Shown here piece after piece: positions 49,112-59,959 of a stretch of 64,000 nt of DNA; positions within the stretch are counted from its first letter, which is position 1; every line of letters begins with the position of its first letter. The translations under genes were made by a program, and so were the position numbers. The notes under the pieces were generated by a model. The model searched no databases. It was not told where the DNA came from and saw only the letters and a program-made list of their open reading frames with translations. The stretch covers positions 426,963 through 490,962 of the forward strand of contig ML996701.1 in NCBI GenBank assembly GCA_010356995.1, in the 5' to 3' direction. The stretch is from Trichodelitschia bisporula. Lineage: Eukaryota.

Positions 49112-49999
49112 ATGTCATCTCCCGAACAACCTATCCTCCCACCCCCCTTCATCAACATCCCCTCCCTTCCCAACCTCCGCGACATCGGCCTCCTCCCCAT
49201 CCCCCACCCATCCCGCACCCTACGCGTCCGGCCGAGCGTGCTCTACCGCAGTGCCGACCCGTCCCACGTCTCGTCGGAAAATCTCCGCAAGCTGCACCAC
49301 GACCTGGGCGTCACGCACATCTTCGATCTCCGTTCGGCGCCCGAATTCGCGCGCGCGCCCGACGCGCTCGCGACCTGGGAGCAGCGGCTCGCGCAATTCA
49401 ACGAAGGCACCCAGCCCCCGCGTATCCAACGCCTCTGGACCCCGGTATTTCGCGAGCAGAACTACGACCCCGAGTCCTTGGCTGTGCGATATAAGGCGTA
49501 TGGGGCGGAGGATGGGCGGCGGGGATTTGCGATTGCGTATGGGCAGATTCTTGATGCGGGGGGCGAGGCGTATGCGCAGTTGCTGAGGCATATGATTGCC
49601 CGCGGTCCTGAGGGGGGGACGCTGGTGCATTGCACGGCGGGGAAAGATCGGACGGGGGTTATTTGTGCGGTGCTGCTGAGCCTGGTGGGCGTGGAGGAGG
49701 AAGCGGTTTGCTGGGAGTATGCGCTTACCGAGCAGGGGCTGGGGCATATGAAGGAGCATTTTATGACGAGGCTTATGGCTAGTGGGGCGTTTGAGGGGTT
49801 TGGAGGGAGGGAGGCCGCGGAGAGGATGGTTAGGAGTCGGGCGGAGAATATGGCTGGGACGTTGGAGATGGTGAGGGAGAGATGGGGGGGTCCGGAGGGG
49901 TATTTGAAGACGGTGGTTGGGTTGTCCGAGGGGGAGATTGAGGCGTTGAAGAGTGTGCTGGTTGAAGAGGTGCGGGATGAGGGTGCTGTAAGGCTGTAG
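49112..49999 (+). CDS. Tyrosine/dual-specificity phosphatase (IphP/PtpB-like family)
   Basis: NLRDIG, LYRSA, IFDLRS, HCTAGKDRTG active-site loop, EYALTE. Confidence 0.9.
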   Translation: MSSPEQPILPPPFINIPSLPNLRDIGLLPIPHPSRTLRVRPSVLYRSADPSHVSSENLRKLHHDLGVTHIFDLRSAPEFARAPDALATWEQRLAQFNEGTQPPRIQRLWTPVFREQNYDPESLAVRYKAYGAEDGRRGFAIAYGQILDAGGEAYAQLLRHMIARGPEGGTLVHCTAGKDRTGVICAVLLSLVGVEEEAVCWEYALTEQGLGHMKEHFMTRLMASGAFEGFGGREAAERMVRSRAENMAGTLEMVRERWGGPEGYLKTVVGLSEGEIEALKSVLVEEVRDEGAVRL

Positions 50000-50221
50000 G
50001 TGCTGGGCTGTGGCTGTGGTGCCGGTGGACTCGGGATGAAAAAGGACCTATAAGTCTCCGGCCTGAATCCATCTCAACTTCTTGCAACAAAACGGTGCTG
50101 ACTCTCCCGTTGATGGTTCTCGGACGGAAAGGGTCCGCGCTCTGGGACTCCAACGTCTGATGTCTCTCGCTGCGGTCACCCACTCCGCCCCCTCGTCCAC
50201 CCGCACAAACTCGATATCAGG

Positions 50222-50316
50222 CGCAGCACACCGGCCACACAATACTTGCCGCACAATACCGGCCGCACAGCACCGGCTGCACAACACCAGCCGCACAACA
50301 CCGGCCGCAAAACACC
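50222..50316 (+). repeat. 14-nt minisatellite (GCACAACACCGGCC) x~7
   Basis: gcacaatacc ggcc gcacagcacc ggct gcacaacacc agcc gcacaacacc ggcc gcaaaacacc. Confidence 0.82.
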
Positions 50317-50602
50317 TTCCAAGCATCGTGGCCATTATACCATTGTAGCTAAGTACCTTCCACAATGGGAACATGATTCCCCGCGCCATGTGCGCCATTG
50401 AGCCGTAGCGGCGGCCACTCTCCAACTTCAAACCCCCGAACTCCAACTGCTTCCTCTGCAAGCATCACCGCGCACAAACACCCTCTTCCACCATCTGCGC
50501 CCCCCACTTGCTCAGCCAACTCTTCACGTTGCTCCCAGCGCCATGTAAGTACCTCGCTCCGAGTTACACTCCTGCTAACACTCCAAGCGACGCTGTTTCG
50601 AG

Positions 50603-51376
50603 ATGCCCTCTTACAGCACGCTGTTCAAGGGTTCTGGGTCGGGCCGCAAGGTCCACGACATGGCCCTTCCCTTTTACGAGCCTCAGAAGGAGAACGCTTG
50701 CAACGACCAGATGCCGGAGAGCTTGAGCCAGGGTCCTGTCCTCACTACGGGGCAATCGGCTCTCTCGGTCGAGCAGACTCCTGTCGTCCATCGCAAGGCG
50801 GTTCCACCGGTGCTCGAGAAGTTCGAGCACTACGTCCCGGCCACGCCGGCGCCTCCGCGCAAGCGTGCGTCGGTCGCGCATGGGAAGTCGACGATCAAAA
50901 AGACCCCGGTCCGCTACTCCCATGAGACGACGTTCGGCTTCGAAACCCCCAACATGGTCCCCGATGCCACTTCGACGTCTCCGAGCTACCCCGACCAGTT
51001 CTATGCAGAGACCTCCTTCAATGTCGGCACTTCGGTGGAGCTTCCGGGTCCTTCTGCTTCAGGGCTGTCGACGGCTCACCACCACGCTGCAGAGCGCAAG
51101 AATGCCAACAAGATCTGTCTCAAGCCTATGATCGGGGCGTACATGAGCTCGAACGAGTCCCTCGCTTCGGTCGACGTGGAGGCCGTCGCAGGGATGGAGT
51201 TCCTCCACGACCGTCGTGCTCGTGTCACAATCAAGCAGCGTCTCTCCCGCTGTCTTTCCGGAATCGGCAACAATCTGGCAAAGGTCTATGATTTGGAATT
51301 CCAGTTCTTTAAAACTGGTCTTCTCGACCACCACCACGATGATGCTGAGCACCTGAAAGCCCACCATATGGCCTAG
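50603..51376 (+). CDS. Hypothetical protein (257 aa)
   Basis: ORF with C-ending codon bias; GTAAGT..GCTAAC intron-like signals immediately upstream suggest a leader intron; no recognised domain. Confidence 0.55.
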   Translation: MPSYSTLFKGSGSGRKVHDMALPFYEPQKENACNDQMPESLSQGPVLTTGQSALSVEQTPVVHRKAVPPVLEKFEHYVPATPAPPRKRASVAHGKSTIKKTPVRYSHETTFGFETPNMVPDATSTSPSYPDQFYAETSFNVGTSVELPGPSASGLSTAHHHAAERKNANKICLKPMIGAYMSSNESLASVDVEAVAGMEFLHDRRARVTIKQRLSRCLSGIGNNLAKVYDLEFQFFKTGLLDHHHDDAEHLKAHHMA

Positions 51377-52063
51377 GTTATTTGGTGGATGGATTATGGC
51401 TGGCAGAGGAAAGATGGATGTTTCTTGTGAGGTCTGCTGCGCCGCATCAAGGAACGTCGTCTTCATAACCTCACCCAGCACGTGATCTAAAATTCCGCCT
51501 TATGACCACACCTTACGTCACCCAAGTCCATAGGAATGCAACTGCTCTAAAAGTCCTGACTATGTATTTGCTAGCCCACTGCCTCATAACGCTGTGTAAA
51601 ACCGTGAAGTCACTCCGCTACCCAAGCAAACTTTAAGTTCATGATCCCATCAACGACAAGCAAGGCTGAGCGCCTCGCACGCTGACTGGTGGAACCCGCC
51701 CGCGCCCCACCATCACCAAGCTAAACGACAATGCGCAACACACATTCAGTCCTCCAAACCCACCGTAGGGCTGGAATCTCCCCTATCTTCTTCCAAAGTA
51801 CCTATGTTCTTTCAACCCAATCTAGCACATAAGCGATATACAAACTCTGCCCCCTCGCTCCGCTAATTGCCCCCGTCTCGCACTGATTGCCCCACCTCAG
51901 GCCGCGCAACACCGCAAACCGCAAGCCTCGAACGCGATACCGCAAAGTGCGCGATAGCAGCCCAAACACCATGCCATCTCGAATACCTGCCCACTCTCCC
52001 AACCTCACATAATACCCCGCCCCCACCGTCCATGTCGCCCCCCGCCTGCGCCAGCAAACAAAC

Positions 52064-54775
52064 ATGCACTTCCCCCTCCAAGCCCTAACCCTGGGCACCT
52101 GGGCCCTGACCCACGCCTTCCTCGCCGCCGCACAAGGCACACCAGAGGACTACGCGCGCGCCGCCGCATATCCTGGCCGCATCACCGCCGCCGCCGCAAG
52201 CGCCGACATCGCCATAACACCACACTGGCTCCACTCCAACGACAGCTTCTGGTATAGACACAACACGGCCAGCTCCTCCACTTTCTTCCTCGTCAATGCA
52301 AAAAACGCAACGAAAAAACCGGCGTTCGATCATGCCGCCCTGGCCGCGGCGCTGAGTGCGCAGACGGGGGGGGAGGTGTCTGCGAGCCAGCTGCCGTTTA
52401 GCTGGATTGAGACGGAGCGGGATGGGGCGTATGTGCGTTTCCGTGCGGGGGAAAAGGCGTGGGAGTGGAAGGGGGGGCGGTTGAGCACGTATGATGGCCC
52501 GCTGCACGAAACGTCCCTCCGCCCTATTCCATTCGAATTTCCGAGCAGGGCTGGGGGCGCGGCGACAGCGATTACGTTCATCAATCGCCGGAAGGAGGAG
52601 TTGAGGCTTTTCTGGATCGACACCGAGGGCGCGGCGGTGGCGTACGGGACGCTGGAGGTGGGGCGTCCTAGGAGGGTTACTACGTATGTGGGGCATGTGT
52701 GGCGGGTCGCTGGCTCGGATGGGAAAGCGGTTGCGGTGTTTGTTGCGGGCGCGGAGGAGGGGAGTGCCGTTGTTGAAGATGGGACGAGTGCTAAGGGGGT
52801 GGGGTGGCCTAAGGGGGGTGCGTGGCCCAAGGGCGCGGGGGGGAAGGCGAGCGGGGCGGCGTTTGTGCGGGATTACAACGTGTGGACGCGGGTCGATGGG
52901 AAGGATGTGCGCATCTCGAGCAACGGGTCCAAGGACGCGCCGTTCAACCCGCTGGTGCACGTATCGCCGGACCAGCGCTTCGCGGTTGCGTACCAGTATG
53001 CGCCGGAGCAGGAGCACAAGGTTTATCTCGTGGAGAGCAGTCCGCGGGAGCAGGTCCAGCCAAGGTTGAAGCCGATTCAGTATCTTAAGCCGGGGGATAG
53101 GGTGCAGGTTGATCGGCCGAGACTGTTTGATCTTGTGGGGAAGAGGGAGGTGAGCACTGAGGATGGGTTGTTTGCGGGGCCGTGGAGTGTGGAGGATGTA
53201 GGCTGGAGTGCGGATGGGGGGGAGTATAGGTTTGTGTTTAATCAGCGTGGACACCAGGTCCTGCGCGTACTGGGGATGAATCGTCAGGGGCGGGTGCGCA
53301 TGCTGATCGAGGAGACGAGTCCGGCGTTCATCGACTACAGCAGCAAGACATACATCAAGCTCCTCGCGGCTACGGACGAAGCCATCTGGGCCAGCGAGCG
53401 GGATGGCTGGAATCATCTCTACCTGTTCGATCTCAAGACCGGTACTCTCAAGAACCGCATCACGAAGGGCGAGTGGGTGGTGCGCTCCGTCGAGCGCGTC
53501 GACGAGGCCAAGCGCACAATCACGTTCAAGGGGTTTGGGATGGTGAAGGGGCAGGATCCGTACTACGCCCATCTCGTGCGGGTCAATTTCGATGGCTCGG
53601 GCCTAACGCTGCTGACAGAGGGCGATGGGACGCATACCTGGAAGCTCTCGCCCGATGGCCGGTACCTGGTTGACACGTTCAGCCGCGTGGATTTACCAGC
53701 ACAAGTACAGCTCCTCGACGCGGGGACGGGGAAGAAAATCGTCGAGCTCGAGAAAGGCAGTTTCGATGCGTTGAAAGCAAAAGGCTGGAACGAGGCCGAG
53801 CGCTTCGAAGCCCCCGGGCGCGACGGCAAGACACCTATTTACGGGATCATCATCAAACCATCTACCTTCGACCCCGCAAAGAAATACCCGATCATCGAGC
53901 AAGTCTACGCCGGCCCGCAGGACTTTTTCACGCCCAAGGCTTTCAGCACGCTTACGCGGCAGCACCAGATTGCGGAGCTCGGGTTCGTGGTTGTGCAGAT
54001 TGATGGCATGGGGACGAATTGGCGGCATAAGGCGTTTCATGATGTTGCTTATAAGAATCTGAAGGATGGGGGGTTTCCGGACAAGATTGCGTGGATGAAA
54101 AAGGCGGCGGAGACGAGGCCATGGATGGATCTGGGTCGTGTGGGCGTTTATGGGGGTTCCGCCGGGGGGCAGAATGCTATGGCGGCGGTGCTTTGGCATG
54201 GGGAGTTTTATAAGGCTGCGGCGGCGGATAGTGGGTGCCATGATAATCGCATGGATAAGATAAGTACCCTCTGCCACTCTTTTCGTATCTGTCTAACGGC
54301 CAGGCACGTCTGGTGGAACGAAGCATGGATGGGCTACCCCGTGGACAAGGCATACGAGGATTCATCCAACGTCGTGCACGCGGGCAAGCTGACCGGAGCA
54401 CTGATGCTCATGGTGGGCGAGATGGATACGAATGTCGACCCGGCGTCGACGCTGCAGGTGGTGAATGCGCTCAACAAGGCGCAGAAGGACTACGAGCTTC
54501 TGTTTGTTCCCGGCGGCGAGCATGGGGCGGGGAGTGCGCCTTATGGGATGCGAAGGCAGTATGACTTTTTCGTGAAGCATTTGCTGGGCGTTCAGCCGCC
54601 GCCGCGGAATCAGGTGGGGCAAAAGGTGTTCATGGCTGAGGATGCGGCGGCGGTGAATGGGACGGATAGTGGGATGGACGCTGGGCCGGAGGTGTCGTTC
54701 TTTGATGCTCCGGTGAGGATGATAAAGGAAGACCCGTACCAAGAGTATGTTAGCATGGAGTACGAGGAAGCTTAA
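52064..54775 (+). CDS. Secreted S9B (DPP IV-like) serine peptidase with inserted VHL-beta-like domain
   Basis: Signal peptide; beta-propeller region (SERDGWNHLY, DPYYAH); VYAGPQ, GVYGGSAGG (Ser), DTNVDP (Asp), GEHG (His); candidate non-canonical intron 54260-54307. Confidence 0.88.
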   Translation: MHFPLQALTLGTWALTHAFLAAAQGTPEDYARAAAYPGRITAAAASADIAITPHWLHSNDSFWYRHNTASSSTFFLVNAKNATKKPAFDHAALAAALSAQTGGEVSASQLPFSWIETERDGAYVRFRAGEKAWEWKGGRLSTYDGPLHETSLRPIPFEFPSRAGGAATAITFINRRKEELRLFWIDTEGAAVAYGTLEVGRPRRVTTYVGHVWRVAGSDGKAVAVFVAGAEEGSAVVEDGTSAKGVGWPKGGAWPKGAGGKASGAAFVRDYNVWTRVDGKDVRISSNGSKDAPFNPLVHVSPDQRFAVAYQYAPEQEHKVYLVESSPREQVQPRLKPIQYLKPGDRVQVDRPRLFDLVGKREVSTEDGLFAGPWSVEDVGWSADGGEYRFVFNQRGHQVLRVLGMNRQGRVRMLIEETSPAFIDYSSKTYIKLLAATDEAIWASERDGWNHLYLFDLKTGTLKNRITKGEWVVRSVERVDEAKRTITFKGFGMVKGQDPYYAHLVRVNFDGSGLTLLTEGDGTHTWKLSPDGRYLVDTFSRVDLPAQVQLLDAGTGKKIVELEKGSFDALKAKGWNEAERFEAPGRDGKTPIYGIIIKPSTFDPAKKYPIIEQVYAGPQDFFTPKAFSTLTRQHQIAELGFVVVQIDGMGTNWRHKAFHDVAYKNLKDGGFPDKIAWMKKAAETRPWMDLGRVGVYGGSAGGQNAMAAVLWHGEFYKAAAADSGCHDNRMDKISTLCHSFRICLTARHVWWNEAWMGYPVDKAYEDSSNVVHAGKLTGALMLMVGEMDTNVDPASTLQVVNALNKAQKDYELLFVPGGEHGAGSAPYGMRRQYDFFVKHLLGVQPPPRNQVGQKVFMAEDAAAVNGTDSGMDAGPEVSFFDAPVRMIKEDPYQEYVSMEYEEA

Positions 54776-55531
54776 TCTGTCAGATAGAGACCAAAGGAGG
54801 ACAGAACAACTTCGCTCTAATGGAATAGCTTACTGAATTGGGCCACCAGGCTCCCTTGATCACTCCCTATAATCGATCTTTTCGGCCTTACGCTAGCGCA
54901 ACGCAGATCGCTTAAGCCAATAGGAGTAGTTACGTGTTCATGAGCAGTGCCGCATCGCCCATATCTTCGAGCCCTAGATGGATACTGTCGATCTGTCAAA
55001 TCGGATAAGTACCAACGGGACTGATCGGCTGCTCTCCACTCCATCGACCGCGGCCGGGTAACGCACAGTTCTTCCGACAGAACCCAACCTGTTAGCATCG
55101 AATATGGCATAAGGTGTGATATGCGCAGCGTCGCAATCCATCAAGCTGCAGTCGCCGCCGCGCCACTTTAAGCGAGACGCATTTCGGCCGTACAAGCACC
55201 GGAGTGGTCATTTGCACAATAGTGATAGATGGCCCGCAATCCACCACTATGTCCTCCCCCGCCCAACAGGGCTAAGTGCCCGAAACGCCATCCCTTGTTA
55301 GGCGTCTTCGTTTCGCCGTTACCCTCCGTTGTTCTGGATCGCGTCACAACCGAGGTTGCGCGCCGACGCGCGCGCATCATTGGCGACCAACCCGATCTTC
55401 CCCAGGGATCAACTCTAGATTTATAGTGCGAGATAGCGGCGCCGGCGAAAGCGCGCTCAAAATGCCGATGTGGTTCTTTAAGTAGGCCGGTCCAGGCAGC
55501 CCGGTCCGGTCGCGCCAGCAAGTCCATCAAC

Positions 55532-57088
55532 ATGAACGGCTCCAAGGACACCACCATCAGCGACGCGGTGCAGCAGTTCGCCGCGCAGGCGGAGGCGCAG
55601 ACGCCCGCCGTCGACATCCCCGAATACGATGTCGTTATCGTCGGGGCCGGCATCTCGGGCATCAACATGGCGTACCGGCTGCAGGAGAACCTGGCGAAGA
55701 AGAGCTACACCATCATCGAGGCGCGCGCCAACATGGGCGGGACGTGGGACCTGATGCGGTATCCCGGGATCCGGTCCGACAGTGACTTGTACACGTTCTC
55801 ATTCGCTTGGGCCCCGTGGACACAGCCGACGCCCATCGCTGAGGGCGGCGCCATCGTCAAGCACATGAAGGAGAGCGCGGCGCGCTACGGCATTGACAAG
55901 CACATCCAGTACAGGCACAAGGTCAAGGAGGCGCACTGGCATTCGCGGCTGCAGAACTGGACGCTGGTGGTTGAAGTGACGGGCGAAGACGGGGAGGTGA
56001 CGAAGAAGGAAATCCGGGCGAAGTTTGTGGTCCTCGGTACGGGCTACTACGACTACGACAAGCCGCAAGAGGCGCAGATCCCGGGGCTGGAGAACTTCAA
56101 GGGCAAGGTCATACACCCCCAATTCTGGCCCGAAGACCTCGACTACGCCGGCAAGTCGATTGCGGTTGTGGGCTCCGGCGCGACCGCTGTCACTCTAATC
56201 CCCGCACTGGCCAAAACTGCTGGGAGGGTGACGATGGTGCAGCGCTCGCCCTCGTACATTGTTTCGATCCCAAACCGCGCGGCGACAAAGGCGTGGTGGC
56301 AACGGATACTCCCGCAGTGGCTGGAAGCCCGAATCACCAGATTCCGCTGGCTGATAATGGGCTTTCTGTACCGGAGATACCTGTCGGCTGATGGCGAGAA
56401 GACGAAGTTGTTTTTGGCCAAAGTCACCCAAGCGCAACTGCCGAAGCGGATCCCCTACTCGCCGCACTTTGAGCCGAAGTACCTGCCCTGGGCTCAGCGC
56501 ATGTGCCTCTGCCCTGACGGCGACTTCTTCAAGGCCCTCCACTCTGGCAACACGGATGTTGCGACCGGCGTCATCAAGACCGTCACAGAGGATAAAATCG
56601 TGCTGGAGTCGGGGCAGGAGGTGGAGGCCGACATCCTTATCACCGCCACAGGTCTGCGAATGAAGTACGGCGGGAACTGCGAGTACTACGTCGACGGGGA
56701 GCACATCGAGTGGGGTTCCAAGTTCATGTACCGGGGGTGGATGGTGCAGGACATGCCGAACCTCGCTCTGGTGCAGGGCTACACCAAGGCCTCATGGACG
56801 CTGGGGGCCGATGCGACGGCGGTGTGGGTGATTCGCATGCTGAAGCATCTGGACAAGAAGAAGCTGAGCAGCGCGACGCCTCGTATTCCGAAACCTGGCG
56901 CGGTCAAGATAACTGGCCTCCCGGGCATCATGGGCCTCACCAGCACGTACATTATGAGCGCGCTTGACCGCCTGCCCAAGACGTCAGATGAGGCTCCGTG
57001 GCAAGGACGGGGGAACTACTTGCAGGACCTTTATGATGCTAAGTTTGCGAGTTTCAAGAACGTCCAGTTTACCATGGCGACGGCTTGA
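55532..57088 (+). CDS. FAD/NADPH-dependent monooxygenase, BVMO/EthA-like
   Basis: GAGISG, GGTWDLMRYPGIRSDSD, FKGKVIHPQFWP (FxGxxxHxxxW), GSGATAVT, ATG motif. Confidence 0.92.
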   Translation: MNGSKDTTISDAVQQFAAQAEAQTPAVDIPEYDVVIVGAGISGINMAYRLQENLAKKSYTIIEARANMGGTWDLMRYPGIRSDSDLYTFSFAWAPWTQPTPIAEGGAIVKHMKESAARYGIDKHIQYRHKVKEAHWHSRLQNWTLVVEVTGEDGEVTKKEIRAKFVVLGTGYYDYDKPQEAQIPGLENFKGKVIHPQFWPEDLDYAGKSIAVVGSGATAVTLIPALAKTAGRVTMVQRSPSYIVSIPNRAATKAWWQRILPQWLEARITRFRWLIMGFLYRRYLSADGEKTKLFLAKVTQAQLPKRIPYSPHFEPKYLPWAQRMCLCPDGDFFKALHSGNTDVATGVIKTVTEDKIVLESGQEVEADILITATGLRMKYGGNCEYYVDGEHIEWGSKFMYRGWMVQDMPNLALVQGYTKASWTLGADATAVWVIRMLKHLDKKKLSSATPRIPKPGAVKITGLPGIMGLTSTYIMSALDRLPKTSDEAPWQGRGNYLQDLYDAKFASFKNVQFTMATA

Positions 57089-57470
57089 GATGGTTGGGGA
57101 CATGAAGGAAAGGACGGTTGGAGGGGAAGGAGGAGAGGGGGAAGACGTGGAGTGGGACATGGTCAGCGGAACCCATCCGTCGGGGACGTGGCAGGCGCTT
57201 TTCATTTGGATTCTCTATGAATAATAAAGAGCTTTGGATTCTGTCACGTTCGAGTTCTTTTGCCGTGAAGTCTTTCAGCATCTGGGAGTTGTCGAATGAA
57301 ATCACGTCGCGAGAGGGCCGAGATGCGCAGTACTACATAGCTTCCGTCTCAAGGTTGCTGCCGTGGGCCATGGGACCCCTTGGGACCGATTAAAGACCGT
57401 TTGTATCGAGTCATTCGAACTCGGTCGTGCTGCCATCCAATTCCGATCGACCTCGACTCCCAACTTCTCA

Positions 57471-57590
57471 ACCTCGCCTCTTCACATCCATCAACCTCAC
57501 CTCTTCACATCCATCAACCTCACCTCTTCACATCCATCAACCTCACCTCTTCAAATCCATCAATTTCATCTCTTCATATCCATCAACCGC
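57471..57590 (+). repeat. 23-nt minisatellite (ACCTCACCTCTTCACATCCATCA) x~5
   Basis: Three near-perfect and two degenerate consecutive units. Confidence 0.88.
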
Positions 57591-59959
57591 ACTTCTTAGT
57601 CAACCTCATTTCTCAGCCACCAGCCGTGTTTCTGTTCAGTTGAGCTATTATCTGGCTCGCCATCTGCGCTCAGCAAGGGATCTCGAACCTCCCAACGGTC
57701 GAGGACTACTGGCGAAAAGTGTACGCTGGCGGCATTATCATTGAAGACATGTCCCGGAACAGGTTCATGCAAATCGAGCGGTATCTCTGGCGCAGCAAGG
57801 AGCGATGAACCGATGCTTAGCCGCGTTATTACCGAATCCCATCAGCAACCCCAGAAGTCGAAGTGCATCTTTCAGGAGCTCATTCCCAAACCTGAAAGGC
57901 GCCTGCTCGCGGCCAGATGCCGTGGGATCGTTGTGCGCACCTTGACGTGTGTCCGAAATTGAACAGAAGCTATCGCACCCGGCAGTGCGAGTCGTCTTAG
58001 ACGGCCTCGGAGGCGTTGAGTACGTCCCTGTGTCGCTGAAAAACACCGACTAACCTATTGTAGCAAGTTCCAGCTTGCTATCGAATTCGTTTATCGAGTG
58101 CAAAGCAAAGCAGAAGATACCTAGGCTTTTTAGGTGTCTGCAGGAAACGCTCAAAGCTAAACATAAGCACCATCTGCAACACAGAGCGACACTACCCCTA
58201 GACTTGAAACGGTTAAGAAGGTTGTCGCCATCGTTAGAGAGATATCAATTGTCCACATTCGCGCCACATCTTCCTCTGGGAAGACTGTCCTCTCACGTCT
58301 CGTGCACAACTACCTGCTTGCGTAGGATGTCCTAGTACTCTCCCTCGAAACACGGTTCTGCAGCGATGAGGAACCTGCGACCGACTTCCTTGTCAGAATG
58401 TGCCTGCGCTATGGGATTGCGGTCAACGCCTTTAGTTTCCTCGATTCGAATGTTGTCGTCATCATCAATGAGGCACAGGGGCTTGCTTTATCGAATGATA
58501 CAGCAAAATCGCCGACGTGCCCGTTTGTCGCTAAGATAGATCGCGCTAGGGGCGAGGCCTTCTATGCCGAAGTTGGCATTGATGTAACTTTTTTCTTTGT
58601 GGGCAAGGACGGCTTTGTACACGCTTACAACAGAAATACCCCGGCCGGGACGAGCGATGTTGCCTACTCCCTCTTCGCTCTGCTTTTCACCGAATTGATC
58701 CCAACAGAACGACAACATGTCCTGCGACTTCGCCACGTCAACCGCCAATTGGCAGGAAATGGCCAATAAAAACTTTGCAGGCCCCGAGACACTCTCAAAG
58801 ATCAAGGACGGGTCCGTTACCCCCTCCAGCTATCAATCGATGGCGTGCAGATAACAGAACTCCATAATATCACAAGGTATGTCCTCCGCCTAGCCATGCT
58901 GCTCAATACTAATGTATACTTCTATCCCTCTAGATCACGCTGTTATCCTCTTCAACCTTATACCCAAGGGCCGCCCGTGCTGCGGTTTGAAGCACTCAGA
59001 CTCTCACCACAGCGGTGGCTGAGAGACTGTGGGCACAGCCTCTGGCTCCGTATCGTCAGTAACCAAATCACAGGCAGTGAAGGCCACCATCCGCAAGGGG
59101 ATACGTACTCTGCTCGCGCACATACTGCTCTGGACACTTACAAAGACGGTATGGACAAATAATCTTGATTTTATCGACTCATCACCGGAATTGCCGACCT
59201 TGGGCTCACAAAGCCAGGCACTGGGGCTGACCCATCTACCAAGCATACCGCGCCCTTCGTGATGACATAAGTTATGGGGTCACTTTGTGGTCGCGTGGGC
59301 GCAGACGGCAGCCATCCCACACAGTCAGTCTCTGCGAAACTCCAGTTACGTGTTGATCGGGACACGTTCTATGCCCTTGAGCATCTCAGAGCGTGCACCG
59401 CTCTGAACACTCGTCCATCGCCTTCATCTCTCTCTGAACACTCATCTTTCGATGGCTGAACTTGCGATTATCGGAACTATCCTCATTTGGGCCCTACTGA
59501 GCAGTGGCTGGGAGACGATTTCAACTTCATCGTCGGAACCGATTCCACCGCCCAGGCGGTCCCATGAGTGCAAGCCTTTCATGTTCTAGAGGTTCATCCA
59601 TCGCAGAGTGTTGGTTTTGTGGTTGCTATTGCAGAACGTTGGCTTCGTGGCCTGCCATTGCAGGTACAGTCACAACATGCTGCCGTGATCAACCAGTACC
59701 GATGGAGTCCCAATAAGACGAGCGTTCCAAGCTATTTTTACCACAAGCCAACTTGGGATTTGCGTCGACAAAGTCGGGATGGGCTCACGCACGAGATCCG
59801 AACAAAGCGATTTCACCATCGATCTCACTGGATTTTACGGTGCTGGTACGACATAACCAAATAGGCCAAAGGTCGTGCTCACGATACACGACAGTGCAGT
59901 TAGAAATGAGGAGTGAGCACCGGTCGCTAAGCAGGGTCATGGATGCGATCATGCTAACA

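Noticed and set aside
47985..49999. Divergent Nudix/phosphatase pair as an inositol-pyrophosphate module with IPK1
   Set aside because: The Nudix protein is NUDT15-like rather than DDP1-like, the phosphatase loop is not the Siw14 type, and IPK1 is ~43 kb away.
52083..52092. CCCTAACCCT telomerase-template-like 10-mer ~2.2 kb upstream of the ATAAGT donor, suggesting a telomerase RNA
   Set aside because: It lies in signal-peptide codons of an intact peptidase ORF, and I saw no pseudoknot or CR4/5 elements; likely coincidence.
57471..57590. 23-nt repeats as a CRISPR-like array
   Set aside because: Units are directly adjacent with no spacers, the context is eukaryotic, and there are no cas genes.
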